Of a stretch of 64,000 nt of DNA, positions 31,259 to 43,344 are shown one piece after another. This DNA comes from Microcoleus sp. (GTDB taxonomy: Bacteria > Cyanobacteriota > Cyanobacteriia > Cyanobacteriales > Microcoleaceae). Made by a program: the position numbers and the translations under genes. Below the pieces are notes generated by a model. That model saw only the letters and a program-made list of their open reading frames with translations. It made no database searches and was not told where the DNA came from. Position 1 is the stretch's first letter; each line of letters opens with the position of its first letter. Location: contig JAYFMW010000006.1 of the NCBI GenBank assembly GCA_042408215.1, forward strand, positions 576,001 through 640,000. The letters run 5' to 3'.

Positions 31259-32890
31259 TTAAGACTGAGCGACTGTTACAACTTTGGATGTCTTACCAGC
31301 AGTAGATTCCTGCTGCAATACTCCGTAAAGGCGATTTAAAGCGCTGATGTAAGCTTCGGCGGAGGCTACAATAATGTCAGTATTGGCTGAGTGACCGGAA
31401 AATACTTGGCCGTTGTGACGCAAGCGAATTGTCACTTCGCCGATCGCATCTATTCCCGCTGTCACCGATTGTACAGAAAACTCGATCAACTCATTTGGGA
31501 CATTGACAACTCGGTTAATTGCTCTGTAAATTGCATCTACAGGCCCGGTGCCGATCGCCGCATCAGTCAATTCTTCCCCCGCAGGATTTCGCACGGTGAC
31601 GGTGGCTGTCGGACGTGATTTGTCGCCGCAAGAAACCTGCACCAATTCTAACCGGAAAAGTGCCGGAGCTTGGTGTACTTCGTCGTTGGCGATCGCCTCC
31701 AAATCCCAATCAGTAATCTCTTTTTTCTTGTCGGCTAAATCCTTAAACTTGACAAAAGCCTTATTTAGCTCATCGTCAGCCATTTCAAAACCCAACTCTT
31801 TCAAGCGAGTGTGAAAAGCATGGCGGCCCGACAATTTGCCCAAAACAATTTGATTTTCCGTCAAGCCGATCGACTCAGCGTCCATAATCTCGTATGTCAG
31901 CTTATTTTTCAGCACCCCGTCTTGGTGAATTCCCGACTCGTGAGCAAAAGCATTTGCTCCCACAATCGCCTTATTTGGCTGCACCAACATCCCCGTCAAA
32001 GTAGAAACCAGCCGGGAAGTTTTGTAAATTTGGCGCGAGTCAATATTGGTCAGCGGTTCCTCAGAGTCCGCAGGCCGGCCCAAGAACGGGTTAAAATATT
32101 GGCGTCGCACGTACAGGGCCATCACTAACTCTTCGAGAGCCGCATTGCCCGCTCGTTCGCCAATGCCGTTAATCGTGCATTCTAACTGTCTGGCGCCATT
32201 TTTTACAGCTTCCAAAAAGTTAGCAACCGCCAGTCCTAAATCATTGTGACCGTGAACTGAAATAATTGCGCGATCGATATTCGGCACATTTTCCTTAATT
32301 CCCCGAATCAAAGCCCCAAACTCGCTCGGAGTAGTGTAGCCGACTGTATCGGGAATATTAACAGTAGTCGCCCCTGCGGCGATCGCCCGTTCCAGAACCT
32401 GATACAAAAACTCCGGCTCCGAACGACAAGCATCTTCCGGGGAAAATTCCACATCTTCGACAAAAGACTTAGCATAAGCCACCATTTCCGGCACTATTTC
32501 CAGCACCTCAGCCCTGGTCTTTTTCAGCTTATATTCCAAGTGAATATCAGATGTCGCCAGAAACGTATGAATTCGCGAATTTACGGCTGGTTTGAGAGCC
32601 TCGGCTGCTGTTTTGATATCTGGCTTTCTCGCCCTTGCTAGACCGCAAATTGTCGGCCCATCTTCCGTGCCAACAGTCCGAGCTATTTTTTGGACAGCCT
32701 CAAAATCTCCCCTGCTGGTGAAAGGGAAACCTGCTTCTATTATGTCTACACCCAATCTGGCTAACTGACGAGCGATCGTCAGTTTTTCGTCCATATTTAG
32801 AGATGCGCCCGGAGATTGTTCTCCGTCCCGCAGAGTCGTATCAAAAATCACAATCCGGTCTTGACTTGGTTGAGTTTTCATAGCGCTCAA
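31259..32890 (-). CDS. leuA: 2-isopropylmalate synthase
   Basis: [16 protein letters not shown] and HESGIHQDG motifs. Confidence 0.97.
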   Translation of the reverse strand: MSAMKTQPSQDRIVIFDTTLRDGEQSPGASLNMDEKLTIARQLARLGVDIIEAGFPFTSRGDFEAVQKIARTVGTEDGPTICGLARARKPDIKTAAEALKPAVNSRIHTFLATSDIHLEYKLKKTRAEVLEIVPEMVAYAKSFVEDVEFSPEDACRSEPEFLYQVLERAIAAGATTVNIPDTVGYTTPSEFGALIRGIKENVPNIDRAIISVHGHNDLGLAVANFLEAVKNGARQLECTINGIGERAGNAALEELVMALYVRRQYFNPFLGRPADSEEPLTNIDSRQIYKTSRLVSTLTGMLVQPNKAIVGANAFAHESGIHQDGVLKNKLTYEIMDAESIGLTENQIVLGKLSGRHAFHTRLKELGFEMADDELNKAFVKFKDLADKKKEITDWDLEAIANDEVHQAPALFRLELVQVSCGDKSRPTATVTVRNPAGEELTDAAIGTGPVDAIYRAINRVVNVPNELIEFSVQSVTAGIDAIGEVTIRLRHNGQVFSGHSANTDIIVASAEAYISALNRLYGVLQQESTAGKTSKVVTVAQS

Positions 32891-32965
32891 AAAGTGTTCT
32901 CCTGACTCACAGTGTTTTTCATTTTTAGGCTTCGGCTAGTACAGATCAGGGTTCATGACAAGGTA

Positions 32966-33094
32966 TATAGCCTTTCTCAGTAACATGAGGTACGCATAGG
33001 GCATAGGGCATAGGGCATAGGGCATAGGGCATAGGGCATAGGGCATAGGGCATAGGGCCGAAAAGCATACCTCACTTTCTTGAGAACCGCTATA
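32966..33094. repeat. MITE family B with internal GGGCATA heptamer run
   Basis: Imperfect TIR tatagc..ttctca..gaggta; inverted homolog at 46168-46275. Confidence 0.7.
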
Positions 33095-33104
33095 TAGAAA
33101 TTTA

Positions 33105-33151
33105 TTACCAATTACCAATTACCAATTACCAATTACCAATTACCAATTACC
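33105..33151. repeat. Heptamer tandem repeat (TACCAAT) x6
   Basis: Direct reading. Confidence 0.9.
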
Positions 33152-33158
33152 GTTGGGC

Positions 33159-33680
33159 CTAATAATCCATCTTCTCGATATGTTCCCGAATTTCATTTAA
33201 GTCTATATACCTATCGGTAGCATTTCGGAGTTCTCTCGCAATCATTCCTTCAGTTGATACCACAGTAATATGAGTATTTTTCGAGCGCAGTAGCTCTATA
33301 GCTCGCTCAAAATCCCCATCCCCGCTAAACAGCACCACCTGGTCGTACTGATCCACCGTATTAAACATATCAACCACAATCTCTATGTCTAAATTAGCCT
33401 TTTGAGAGTACCTACCCGAAGCATCGTCGTAATATTCCTTAAGAATCTTAGTGCGCACCGTGTAACCCAGACTAATCAAAGCATCCCGAAATCCCCTTTG
33501 ATCTTGCGGGTCTTTAAGACCCGTATACCAGAAAGCATTAATCAAGATGACATTCGGCTGCGAAGTTTTGAAATATTCGAGCACCCTGCGAGGATCAAAA
33601 AACCAACCATTTTTTTGTTGAGCGTAGAACATATTGTTCCCGTCCACAAAAATAGAAAGGCGGTTCATTAAGTTTGTCAT
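33159..33680 (-). CDS. labA: NYN/DUF88 protein, LabA-like circadian output regulator
   Basis: IFVDGNNMFYAQQKNGWFFDPRRVL and FSGDGDF motifs. Confidence 0.75.
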   Translation of the reverse strand: MTNLMNRLSIFVDGNNMFYAQQKNGWFFDPRRVLEYFKTSQPNVILINAFWYTGLKDPQDQRGFRDALISLGYTVRTKILKEYYDDASGRYSQKANLDIEIVVDMFNTVDQYDQVVLFSGDGDFERAIELLRSKNTHITVVSTEGMIARELRNATDRYIDLNEIREHIEKMDY

Positions 33681-34018
33681 AGAAACTTAGACCTAATATT
33701 TGTAGAAAGAATTTAATCTAAATATCACATTTTAGCAACATGGAGCTAACTGAGGCAATAGATTAAACTTCAGGAAACTCCATCTCCCCAGTATTTCATA
33801 TTTTCGGCTCTACCGCCAGAGGGTCATTGGAAAGCTGCTTTTCCTCGATCGATTCCCCTCCCCCTCTAAACCAGACCCCCAGTAACTAAGGGGGCGACTG
33901 CGGTGTCAAGGTTAATGGGGCTACCAGCGACGCTGTACCGCCCTACCGCCCAGGCGGCATACGATCGGGCATTTGCATTACCTTTTCCCTCCCTCATTTA
34001 ATAGCAGCCTTTCTGGGC

Positions 34019-34696
34019 TTAAGCTTTTTTGCTTTCCAGGGCCCAGCGGGCTAACTCTGTCCGGTTGTGCAGACCAGTCTTACCCAGCATATTGCTGACA
34101 TGACTCTCTATAGTCCGCTGGCTGACATTCATCACGTCTGCGATTTGGCGGTTGGCCAGACCCTGCGCTAGTAACTGTACCACCTTTAACTCAGTTGGAG
34201 TCAATTCGACATTACGCTTCGCCTTAATTTTGGGGCCGCTCTCAATACTGTGATTTTGGTGGCGAATCAAGCGGGATGCTGCTTTCAGAGAAGATTCTAC
34301 TTGAGCTACCAGTTCTTCGGGTTCAAAAGGCTTGACTATATAAACGTCAGCCCCCGTGCTCAAGCCTTTTACTCGGTCATGACTTTGACCTTTAGCAGAC
34401 AAGAAAAGAACCGGAATCCAGTTAGTAAGCGGGTCTTCTCTGATGTGTTTGACTAAAGTATAGCCGTCCATTTCCGGCATCATCACATCGCAGATAATCA
34501 GGTCTGGCACTTCTTCTTCTAGTTTTTCGAGAGCGTGTCTGCCGTTTTCTGCTGTGATGACGTTGTAACCCCGAAACTCTAAGTAATCCTTGACTAGCAG
34601 GATCAAGTTGGGGTCGTCGTCAACCAGCATCAGCCGTTTTTGATCTCCTGAATTATTGTCTTTTGTCATGTTTATTCCCGCTAGAGTGTCCCGCAC
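34019..34696 (-). CDS. NarL/LuxR-family response regulator (Rre1-like)
   Basis: REC domain (VDDD, DVMMP, KPF) plus LuxR HTH (LTPTELKV..SQRTIESHVSN). Confidence 0.88.
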   Translation of the reverse strand: MRDTLAGINMTKDNNSGDQKRLMLVDDDPNLILLVKDYLEFRGYNVITAENGRHALEKLEEEVPDLIICDVMMPEMDGYTLVKHIREDPLTNWIPVLFLSAKGQSHDRVKGLSTGADVYIVKPFEPEELVAQVESSLKAASRLIRHQNHSIESGPKIKAKRNVELTPTELKVVQLLAQGLANRQIADVMNVSQRTIESHVSNMLGKTGLHNRTELARWALESKKA

Positions 34697-34711
34697 GCTT
34701 CCTTGTTTTCA

Positions 34712-35986
34712 CTGCTTCGTAAAACTTACCCAAACTTAACTAAAGCCATCTTTAGCCAAAATTCAGAACTCACTTCCTGCGCTGTTGGGTGGTCGGCCAT
34801 CCCAAGATAAGCAGGCTATCCCCCAATAGCCTTGGGTTCCCAATTTAAAATATTCAAACTGGCATTTAAATCGCGGTCTATCAACACGCCGCCAGCCGGA
34901 CAATTATAAATCCTTTCGGCTAAAGGCAGATCTTTTTTATGCCCGCAATTGGCACAAATCTTAGAACTGGGAAACCATCGATCTATCAGCACTAAGCTCG
35001 CTCCATACATTTTGCACTTGTACTCTAGCTGTCGCCTGAATTCGTAAAAACCTAAGTCGGATATTGCCAGAGCTAACTTGTGATTTGCCAGCAAGCCTCT
35101 AACATTCAAGTCTTCAATCTTAATTAGCTTGAAAGTTTTAGCCAAATAAGTTGTCAACTTGTGAAGGAAGTCTTTACGAATGCAGGCTATCGTCCGCGCG
35201 AGCCTGCCGATCTTGTTGTAAGTTTTGCGCTGGTTGTTTGAGCCTTTTATTTGCCTTGACGCCTTTCCCTGCAACCGCGCAAGCTTGGTTTTCGCTTGCT
35301 TTAGGGGTTTTGGCGCATCAAATACTTGACTGTTTGATAGGGTGACAAAAGATTTAACACCTACGTCAATTCCTACAGAACCTTCAGGTTGTTGCACTGG
35401 CAAACGTTGGGCATCAACACAAAAAGAAACAAACCAGCGATTTCCTTCTTTTGAAATGGTCAAAGTTTGAGATGCAAACCCATGCGGCAGTGGCTCGTGA
35501 AGCCGAAAAGTCCCCAAAGTAGGAATCTTGATGCTGTTGCCAGATTTTAGTAGAACTTTTCCATTAGAAGAATCAACCGTGAATGATTGCCCGTCTCGGC
35601 GGCTGGCAAATTTTGGATGGGCGGCTTTTCCCAAGCGATACCGACTGAACGCTTCTTTCAAGTCAATCAAAGCGTTTTGGTAAACTCGACTGGACAACTG
35701 GTTCATCCAAGCGCATTCAGGTTGTTTCTTGACGTGATTGGTAAGAACTTTCTTGACTTCGTTGATGACCTTTGAGTCTGAAAACTCACCTGCACCGTAC
35801 ATTTGGACTCGCAAGCTCAAACCCATGTTAAATACTACACGCCGAAATCCTGCGTGTTTTGCCATCAAGGTCGCTTCCCTATTATTCAATTTGAGCGCTC
35901 GCTTGACGGCAAACATGGTTAAACCTCCTCTCGGTAATTAACTGTGGACAAGTTTAGTAAACTATTTGGCACTTAAGTCCAACTCC
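34712..35986 (-). mobile_element. tnpA-less TnpB element, probably IS607-derived
   Basis: No IS605-type hairpin ends; short-repeat-rich ends with an AG dinucleotide at both junctions; boundaries approximate. Confidence 0.55.
34816..35916 (-). CDS. tnpB: RNA-guided endonuclease TnpB
   Basis: GIDVG, IEDL and DRDLNAS RuvC motifs; Zn finger CANC..CPAG lacks the last Cys. Confidence 0.92.
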   Translation of the reverse strand: MFAVKRALKLNNREATLMAKHAGFRRVVFNMGLSLRVQMYGAGEFSDSKVINEVKKVLTNHVKKQPECAWMNQLSSRVYQNALIDLKEAFSRYRLGKAAHPKFASRRDGQSFTVDSSNGKVLLKSGNSIKIPTLGTFRLHEPLPHGFASQTLTISKEGNRWFVSFCVDAQRLPVQQPEGSVGIDVGVKSFVTLSNSQVFDAPKPLKQAKTKLARLQGKASRQIKGSNNQRKTYNKIGRLARTIACIRKDFLHKLTTYLAKTFKLIKIEDLNVRGLLANHKLALAISDLGFYEFRRQLEYKCKMYGASLVLIDRWFPSSKICANCGHKKDLPLAERIYNCPAGGVLIDRDLNASLNILNWEPKAIGG

Positions 35987-36280
35987 CTGGTAGAGCCAAA
36001 GTTATATTTAATCTCGATCGGTGTAATTACAGCCCCGGTTTTCAATGCTACTTCTGAATATAGAGAGATTTAAGCAGACTCCATACTTACGTGTTTAACT
36101 TTTTCTAGTGTAGTTTAGCAAACTGCCTAGTGGCTACCACTGAGAAACTTTTTCGGCAAATGTCACGCTCCTTTGAGCTGTAACAGGTGCGATCGACCCG
36201 ATACTGAAAGGTCTCACCTTCTCACCCTTAAATTTAACACTTTACTTTTAACGCTGTACCGATCGCAGCCAGCGCTACAG

Positions 36281-36715
36281 TTAAATGTTTGACTCAGCCA
36301 GAGGTGGCTGTGGCAAAGGATGAGTCAAGAAAGCATATTCTTCAACTACCTTTGAGTTTAAGAGATGTTCCTGAATAATTCTCTCGATGACGGCGGGCGT
36401 AACGTCGCGGTACCAAACTCCGTCTGGATAGACTACCATAATCGGGCCTTGAGTACAAACTCGCAGGCAATTGGCTTTGGTGCGAAAGACGCAGCTTGGC
36501 CGATCGACACTCGGCTTGTCCAACCCCAATTCTTGCAAGCGTTTTTTTAAGTAGTTCCATGCTTCCAGACTGGCTGCTCGATCGCAGCACTTGGGCAGGG
36601 TTTGGTCAGCACAGATAAAAATATGCCGCTCGATTTGAGCTAGTCCCAGGCTGTCAACGCACACCCTCAAGCCTTGAGAGCAAGATTCATCCTGATTTTC
36701 TGACATCTGATTCAT
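36281..36715 (-). CDS. Thioredoxin-like [2Fe-2S] ferredoxin
   Basis: [25 protein letters not shown]; start uncertain. Confidence 0.85.
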   Translation of the reverse strand: MNQMSENQDESCSQGLRVCVDSLGLAQIERHIFICADQTLPKCCDRAASLEAWNYLKKRLQELGLDKPSVDRPSCVFRTKANCLRVCTQGPIMVVYPDGVWYRDVTPAVIERIIQEHLLNSKVVEEYAFLTHPLPQPPLAESNI

Positions 36716-36797
36716 TGGTCGCACGTAATTATTTGGCAAATAAAAATTTATCACCACTCTCCCGCTTTCCCACTGGGCTGCTTACTATCCGTGAACT

Positions 36798-36813
36798 GTT
36801 CGGGAACCCGTAC
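36798..36813 (+). promoter_or_regulatory. K-box upstream of groES
   Basis: GTTCGG-GAAC-CCGTAC matches the cyanobacterial K-box GTTCGG-NNAN-CCNNAC. Confidence 0.75.
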
Positions 36814-36851
36814 AGACACGCAAGTTGCGATCGCCCCTGACTAAAGCTAAA

Positions 36852-36878
36852 TTAGCACTCAGGAGTCGAGAGTGCTAA
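36852..36878 (+). promoter_or_regulatory. CIRCE element (HrcA operator)
   Basis: Perfect TTAGCACTC-N9-GAGTGCTAA. Confidence 0.96.
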
Positions 36879-36963
36879 TATGTCAGTGTAAGTATTCAGT
36901 CGTTGCTTTCATAGCGACCTCTGACCACTGAATGACGACAATCTGTAATTTGGAGATTTATTT

Positions 36964-37275
36964 ATGGCAGCAGTATCACTGAGTGTTTCTACCGTTAAAC
37001 CGTTAGGCGAGCGCGTGTTCGTGAAAGTAAGCGCTAGCGAAGAAAAAACCGCCGGCGGCATCCTTCTGCCTGACACAGCCAAAGAAAAGCCCCAAGTAGG
37101 GGAAGTCGCGGCAGTAGGCCCCGGCAAACGCAATGACGACGGTCAGCGCGTGGAAATGGAAGTCAAAGTCGGCGACAAAGTTCTCTACTCGAAGTATGCC
37201 GGCACCGACATCAAACTCGGCACCGACGAATACGTCTTGCTAGCCGAAAAAGACATTCTGGCGATCGTTAACTAA
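36964..37275 (+). CDS. groES: Co-chaperonin GroES
   Basis: [25 protein letters not shown]. Confidence 0.99.
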   Translation: MAAVSLSVSTVKPLGERVFVKVSASEEKTAGGILLPDTAKEKPQVGEVAAVGPGKRNDDGQRVEMEVKVGDKVLYSKYAGTDIKLGTDEYVLLAEKDILAIVN

Positions 37276-37346
37276 TTAATCCTTAGTCATTAGTCATTAG
37301 TCATCAGTCATTAGTTCGATCGCGAACAACGCAAAAAAACTAATGA

Positions 37347-39047
<1,701 letters not shown>

Positions 39048-39257
39048 TCGATAGTCGATCGTTTGATGGGGCGGGCTTTAGGGCCTGCCCTGTTAAATTG
39101 ATAACGGTTTTTAGCATAGGCATAACTTTAACTCTGAAGCGAAATTAACTAAACGCACAATCCATAAGGGCCCCGTGCCTCTGTAATCAAAACGCGAGCG
39201 AGGTTATATACCCAAAAGCCTAACCCTGCGTGACCGTTGCTAAACAGAGGAGTTAAA

Positions 39258-39704
39258 ATGCCCCAAAAAACCGTTTCCCTATCTAAAAAATGTATTCTGG
39301 ATACCGATCACGTTTCACTCATTCTCCAGAATAGTCCTCAAGTTATCACCAACGCAGCAAAACATGAGATTTCCGTCACTATTGTCACGGTTCAAGAACT
39401 CTTCAATGGCTGGGTTGGCAGGATTAACCATCCGTCCCAGGTGGATAACTTACCTGGACTCTATTATAAACTTTGGACAACTGTAAAATTTCTCCAAACT
39501 ATTGAGGTACTGAACTTTACACCGGAAGCTGATACTTGTCTCAAGAAACTGTTAAAGGATCACCCGCCCCTGCGGAAAAAGCCCCTGCAAAAAGATATGC
39601 GGATTGCAGCCATTGCCTTATCCGTCGGTGCTACGGTGATCACTGGCAACAAACGAGACTTTGGGCAAGTTCCCGGACTCTCGATCGAAGATTGGACGCT
39701 GTAG
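39258..39704 (+). CDS. vapC: VapC/PIN-domain toxin
   Basis: ILDTDHVS..E..DMRIAAIAL..T.NKRDF. Confidence 0.85.
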   Translation: MPQKTVSLSKKCILDTDHVSLILQNSPQVITNAAKHEISVTIVTVQELFNGWVGRINHPSQVDNLPGLYYKLWTTVKFLQTIEVLNFTPEADTCLKKLLKDHPPLRKKPLQKDMRIAAIALSVGATVITGNKRDFGQVPGLSIEDWTL

Positions 39705-39891
39705 TGCGTTGGGGAACCCCGCCGAAGGCATTGCTGCTTTTCCGTATGGTGCGTTGGGGGATAAAACCCAACATTCATCCATCGGGATTTAGTGTGACTT
39801 TGGGTTCATAGCGATCGCCCCTTGCCTGAAATGGTGAGGGATTTTTTTCTGCGATACAATCAAGACAGCACTTAAAAAGCGTGATTTAAAC

Positions 39892-40251
39892 ATGGTAACA
39901 AGCTTAAATGTATTGCAATCCCAACCATCTAGCCAATGGAAAGTGACACTCCTGTTAGAAACTCTCTCATCAGGACAGGTTTCTGCTTCTGTTTTCGAGT
40001 TTCCGCACTGTCGAGTTGAAGCAGCAACTCGGGAAGAAGCCATTACCCAACTTCAAACCACATTGCTAGAAAGACTTAAGCATATTGAAGCTATTTCCTG
40101 GGAAGTACCGATTCAGGCTTCAGAACCCACCTGGATGCAATTTGCGGGTGTGTTTAAAGACGATCCAGATTTTCAGGAAATTATGGACGAGATTCGTGCA
40201 GAACGTACCTCTGACGATGACTCTGAAATCGATCCCTCATACTACCTGTAG
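39892..40251 (+). CDS. HicB-like antitoxin-family protein
   Basis: Partial RNase-H-like fold (ASVFEFP..VEAATREEAI) and acidic tail WMQFAGVFKDDPDF. Confidence 0.6.
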   Translation: MVTSLNVLQSQPSSQWKVTLLLETLSSGQVSASVFEFPHCRVEAATREEAITQLQTTLLERLKHIEAISWEVPIQASEPTWMQFAGVFKDDPDFQEIMDEIRAERTSDDDSEIDPSYYL

Positions 40252-40278
40252 AGGTGATTTATAGGATAGTAAGCTAGC

Positions 40279-40653
40279 ATGAATCTATCATTTAAAGATT
40301 TCAGGTTTATTATAGAAGCCATTGAAAATCAAATCAATGCTTATCAAGAACGTTTGCAAGTAATTGAAGATATAGATGAGGATGAGGCTGCCGATCTAGG
40401 GAACGATATTAAATTTTTAGAGCTTCTACTCGCAGACATGAAGAAAAGTTTAGAGCATAATACTTCAGTCAAGCCTTTAAGTTCTGATGATGTTTTTTCG
40501 CCCGCTCGAAATGATAATTCTTCCGAATATGCAAAAGAATTATCATTTCAAGAATTAATGAAATTAACGCTTAATTTGTCACTTAGCGAGCGATTATTTT
40601 TAGTAGAGTCGATTACCTCATCTGTGCGCCACGAAGTCACTATTAGCCAATAA
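40279..40653 (+). CDS. Hypothetical protein
   Basis: 124-aa ORF with plausible composition, co-oriented with neighbours. Confidence 0.6.
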   Translation: MNLSFKDFRFIIEAIENQINAYQERLQVIEDIDEDEAADLGNDIKFLELLLADMKKSLEHNTSVKPLSSDDVFSPARNDNSSEYAKELSFQELMKLTLNLSLSERLFLVESITSSVRHEVTISQ

Positions 40654-40739
40654 TCAGCCAATTACAGGAGCTTCAGAAATTTGTGGTGATGATATACTGA
40701 GAATGATTGATTAATCCTAAGTGAGCAGAGGTCAGGCCA

Positions 40740-40961
40740 ATGTCAGCCACCATCACAATTAGCCCCAGCGAAATTCGGCAGATATTTCAGCCGCGCACAT
40801 CCAGCGCTTCAAGGTTTTGGGAACTGGCTCAAAAAGCAAACAATTTAGCTGTAATAATTGAAGCTCGTTGGGAGCAGATTCCCCCTGAGACTAGAGAATT
40901 ACTCAAAATTTTTGCCTATGCCTTAGAGGTAGAAACCGGGTTTCTGCGTGAATGTGGGTGA
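40740..40961 (+). CDS. Hypothetical protein, 3' end runs into an agaaaccgggtttct palindrome (possibly truncated)
   Basis: SD-like gagg upstream; terminal ETGFLRECG is encoded by the repeat. Confidence 0.4.
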   Translation: MSATITISPSEIRQIFQPRTSSASRFWELAQKANNLAVIIEARWEQIPPETRELLKIFAYALEVETGFLRECG

Positions 40962-41122
40962 TGATACATAAATTATCGCAGAAACCCGGTTTCTGAGATT
41001 GATTTTACTTTGATTATTTGCTCGTTATGTCCCGACAACCCCGTCGGAAACATAGACAGGGCATGGCTTCGTGGTTTTGGGCTTTGTTATAAATCTTTAT
41101 GAAATCCTGAAACGCTTAGATG

Positions 41123-42616
41123 TTACGCTTTACAAGTTTCGACGCGAGAGAAGAGAATACCCACTCTTTTTAAGGTATCAGCATCATTCCCTACCTTTCG
41201 TTGTAAAAACTCTCCTCCATTAAATTTTATATACCAACCCCATTGTGCCCACAAAACCAAAGCAGGGAGGTGAGCTTCTGGTACTTTCTCTGAAAAAGTG
41301 AGGTTGTTGTAGTACAGCCATTCGTTATTTTTTCTCCAGCCTACCCGATCGCAAAAATTTTTCCATATTTCCTCATCATAGCTACTGGTTCCCCCCAAAC
41401 TTTGATAGATGCGCTTCTGCACGCTAAAGCCGAAGCGCCCATTGCTGTATTTTACCCAAAGTTGGTCTATGGTTCGTAAGTCCTCGCAGGGAAATTTTTC
41501 AATATGTTCTAGATTCAGCCATTCTTTTTTCTCCATACCCGCCACCTTACACATCACTCTCGTCGTTTCCTGATCCGCTTCTTGCCATTTTTTAGCAGCC
41601 AATAAATTCCGCAAGTTTATATAATCCATCCCCACGGCTGAAACCACCCGCGTAGTCTCAGGATGTGTTGGTTTCGGCTTAGGTATTGGTGCGGATATTG
41701 ATGCTAGCAATTGATCGATTCGATCGAGATCGGGATCGGGGATTTCCCTTCGACTTCGCTCAGGGGACGGCGTTGGTTTCGGCTCAGGGGGTGCTAATGC
41801 TGTCAATACTTGTTCTGCTGTCCACCTTTGTGATCGCTTTTTCTGCAAGCATCTCCTGACTATTTCTGTGAAGGGTTCTGGTATTTTTGACCAGTCTATT
41901 TCTGGCTCTTCTTCCATAATCTTTTTCATTAACTGCGCTTCTGTATCTGCGGTAAATGGCGCGGTTCCTGTCAGGATTTCTGCTGTCATAATTCCCAAAG
42001 ACCATATATCCCAACCTGTTGCGACTACTCCGTCGTAGGCTTCCGGGGGAACGTATAAGGTTGTACCTCTTCTATCGCTGGTTCTACCTGAGTTTTTGAC
42101 GCTGATTTCTCTGAGCAATCCGAAGTCTGATACTTTCCATGTATTGACTACATATAGCAAGTTTGCTGGTTTGATGTCTCGGTGTACTTTTCGGGGATTT
42201 GATTGATGTAGGTAGTTTAATGCTGCTGCTGTTGATTTGACTATTTCTATCGCTTCGGCTGGGGAGATTTTCCCGGTTTTTCGTTGTTTTTCTAAGTTGG
42301 TTGTCGCGATTTCCATGACGATGAATAAATACTCGTCTTCTTTGACTTCGCCGAAGCCTGATGTGTAGCTACGGATGATGTTTTCGTGGTGAATATTTAC
42401 TGCTGCTGTTAGTTCTGTTAGTTGTTTTTCGGCTTTGGTTTCATCTTCTTCTGGGGCGATTAGTTTGATTGCTACTTCCCTGATGAATTTGTTTTTGATT
42501 ACTTCATCTGCTTTGTATACGGCTCCGTATCCTCCACATCCTAGGTATTCTTGGAGGTAGTATTGATTGTTGATTGTTTCGCCTTGTAGTTTTCTCCAAT
42601 GTCTTTCTGGGTACAT
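41123..42616 (-). CDS. Ser/Thr protein kinase with C-terminal GUN4-like domain
   Basis: GCGGYG, HRDIKPAN and DFG motifs; GUN4 motif DLRTIDQLWVKYSNGRFGFSVQK. Confidence 0.92.
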   Translation of the reverse strand: MYPERHWRKLQGETINNQYYLQEYLGCGGYGAVYKADEVIKNKFIREVAIKLIAPEEDETKAEKQLTELTAAVNIHHENIIRSYTSGFGEVKEDEYLFIVMEIATTNLEKQRKTGKISPAEAIEIVKSTAAALNYLHQSNPRKVHRDIKPANLLYVVNTWKVSDFGLLREISVKNSGRTSDRRGTTLYVPPEAYDGVVATGWDIWSLGIMTAEILTGTAPFTADTEAQLMKKIMEEEPEIDWSKIPEPFTEIVRRCLQKKRSQRWTAEQVLTALAPPEPKPTPSPERSRREIPDPDLDRIDQLLASISAPIPKPKPTHPETTRVVSAVGMDYINLRNLLAAKKWQEADQETTRVMCKVAGMEKKEWLNLEHIEKFPCEDLRTIDQLWVKYSNGRFGFSVQKRIYQSLGGTSSYDEEIWKNFCDRVGWRKNNEWLYYNNLTFSEKVPEAHLPALVLWAQWGWYIKFNGGEFLQRKVGNDADTLKRVGILFSRVETCKA

Positions 42617-42620
42617 GATT

Positions 42621-42806
42621 TTACAAATTACAATAATTAGGCTTATTTTCAATTATTATACAATCAATCTCTGGTTGCTTCCCAGTTTCTTTGTCTTCTT
42701 TGGGATTTTGGGCGCGGTAGGTGACTCCGAATCCGCCGCCACCGAGGATGGCTTCGATGATGTATTTGTTGTTGTGGAGTTGTTGTCCGGGGGGCCAGTG
42801 TCTCAT
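42621..42806 (-). pseudogene. N-terminal fragment of a second Ser/Thr kinase
   Basis: MRHWPPGQQLHNNKYIIEAILGGGGFGVTYRA then loses similarity. Confidence 0.65.
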
Positions 42807-42887
42807 GGCGGGTATGTGGGGATGGAGAGGATGGTTTTGATTATAGCTGAGATGGGGGAATTTTGGTTGAGGCTTTGGGTGAAGCTG

Positions 42888-43208
42888 AGAAACCGGGTTT
42901 TTTCGGAGTTTTTGGGTGGTGATTGGGTATTGTCGCAAAAACCCGGTTTCTGGAGTCTTTGGGTGAGGCTGAGAAACCGGGTTTTTTCGGGGTTTTTGGG
43001 TTGTAGTTAGGTATTGTCGCAAAAACCCGGTTTCTTGAGGCCTTTGGGTGAGGTTGAGAAACCGGGTTTTTTCGGAGTTTTTGGGTTGTAGTTAGGTATT
43101 GTCGCAAAAACCCGGTTTCTGGAGTCTTTGCGTGGGTTCAGAAACCGGGTTTTTTCGGAGTTTTTGGGTGGTGATTGGGTATTGTCGCAAAAACCCGGTT
43201 TCTGGAGG
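42888..43208. repeat. Four tandem ~84-bp units, each a palindromic agaaaccgggttt...aaacccggtttct pair
   Basis: Units start near 42888, 42971, 43056 and 43139. Confidence 0.88.
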
Positions 43209-43344
43209 CCTTTAGCAGTGCTATGTCCGTACAAAGCCCGATCGCCCCCTGTGCGTGTAAAATTGACTAAAGTCTAAATATTTTCAGCAGCCCGATCGCA
43301 AATCAATCCTTAACACATCACTCTCAACAACCACCACAATCATC

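Noticed and set aside
32936..33118. 60-aa ORF with PMPYALC repeats
   Set aside because: Translation of a heptamer repeat
42841..43234. ORFs of 75-147 aa and a CRISPR-like look
   Set aside because: Translations of palindromic ~84-bp tandem units; the internal segments are near-identical
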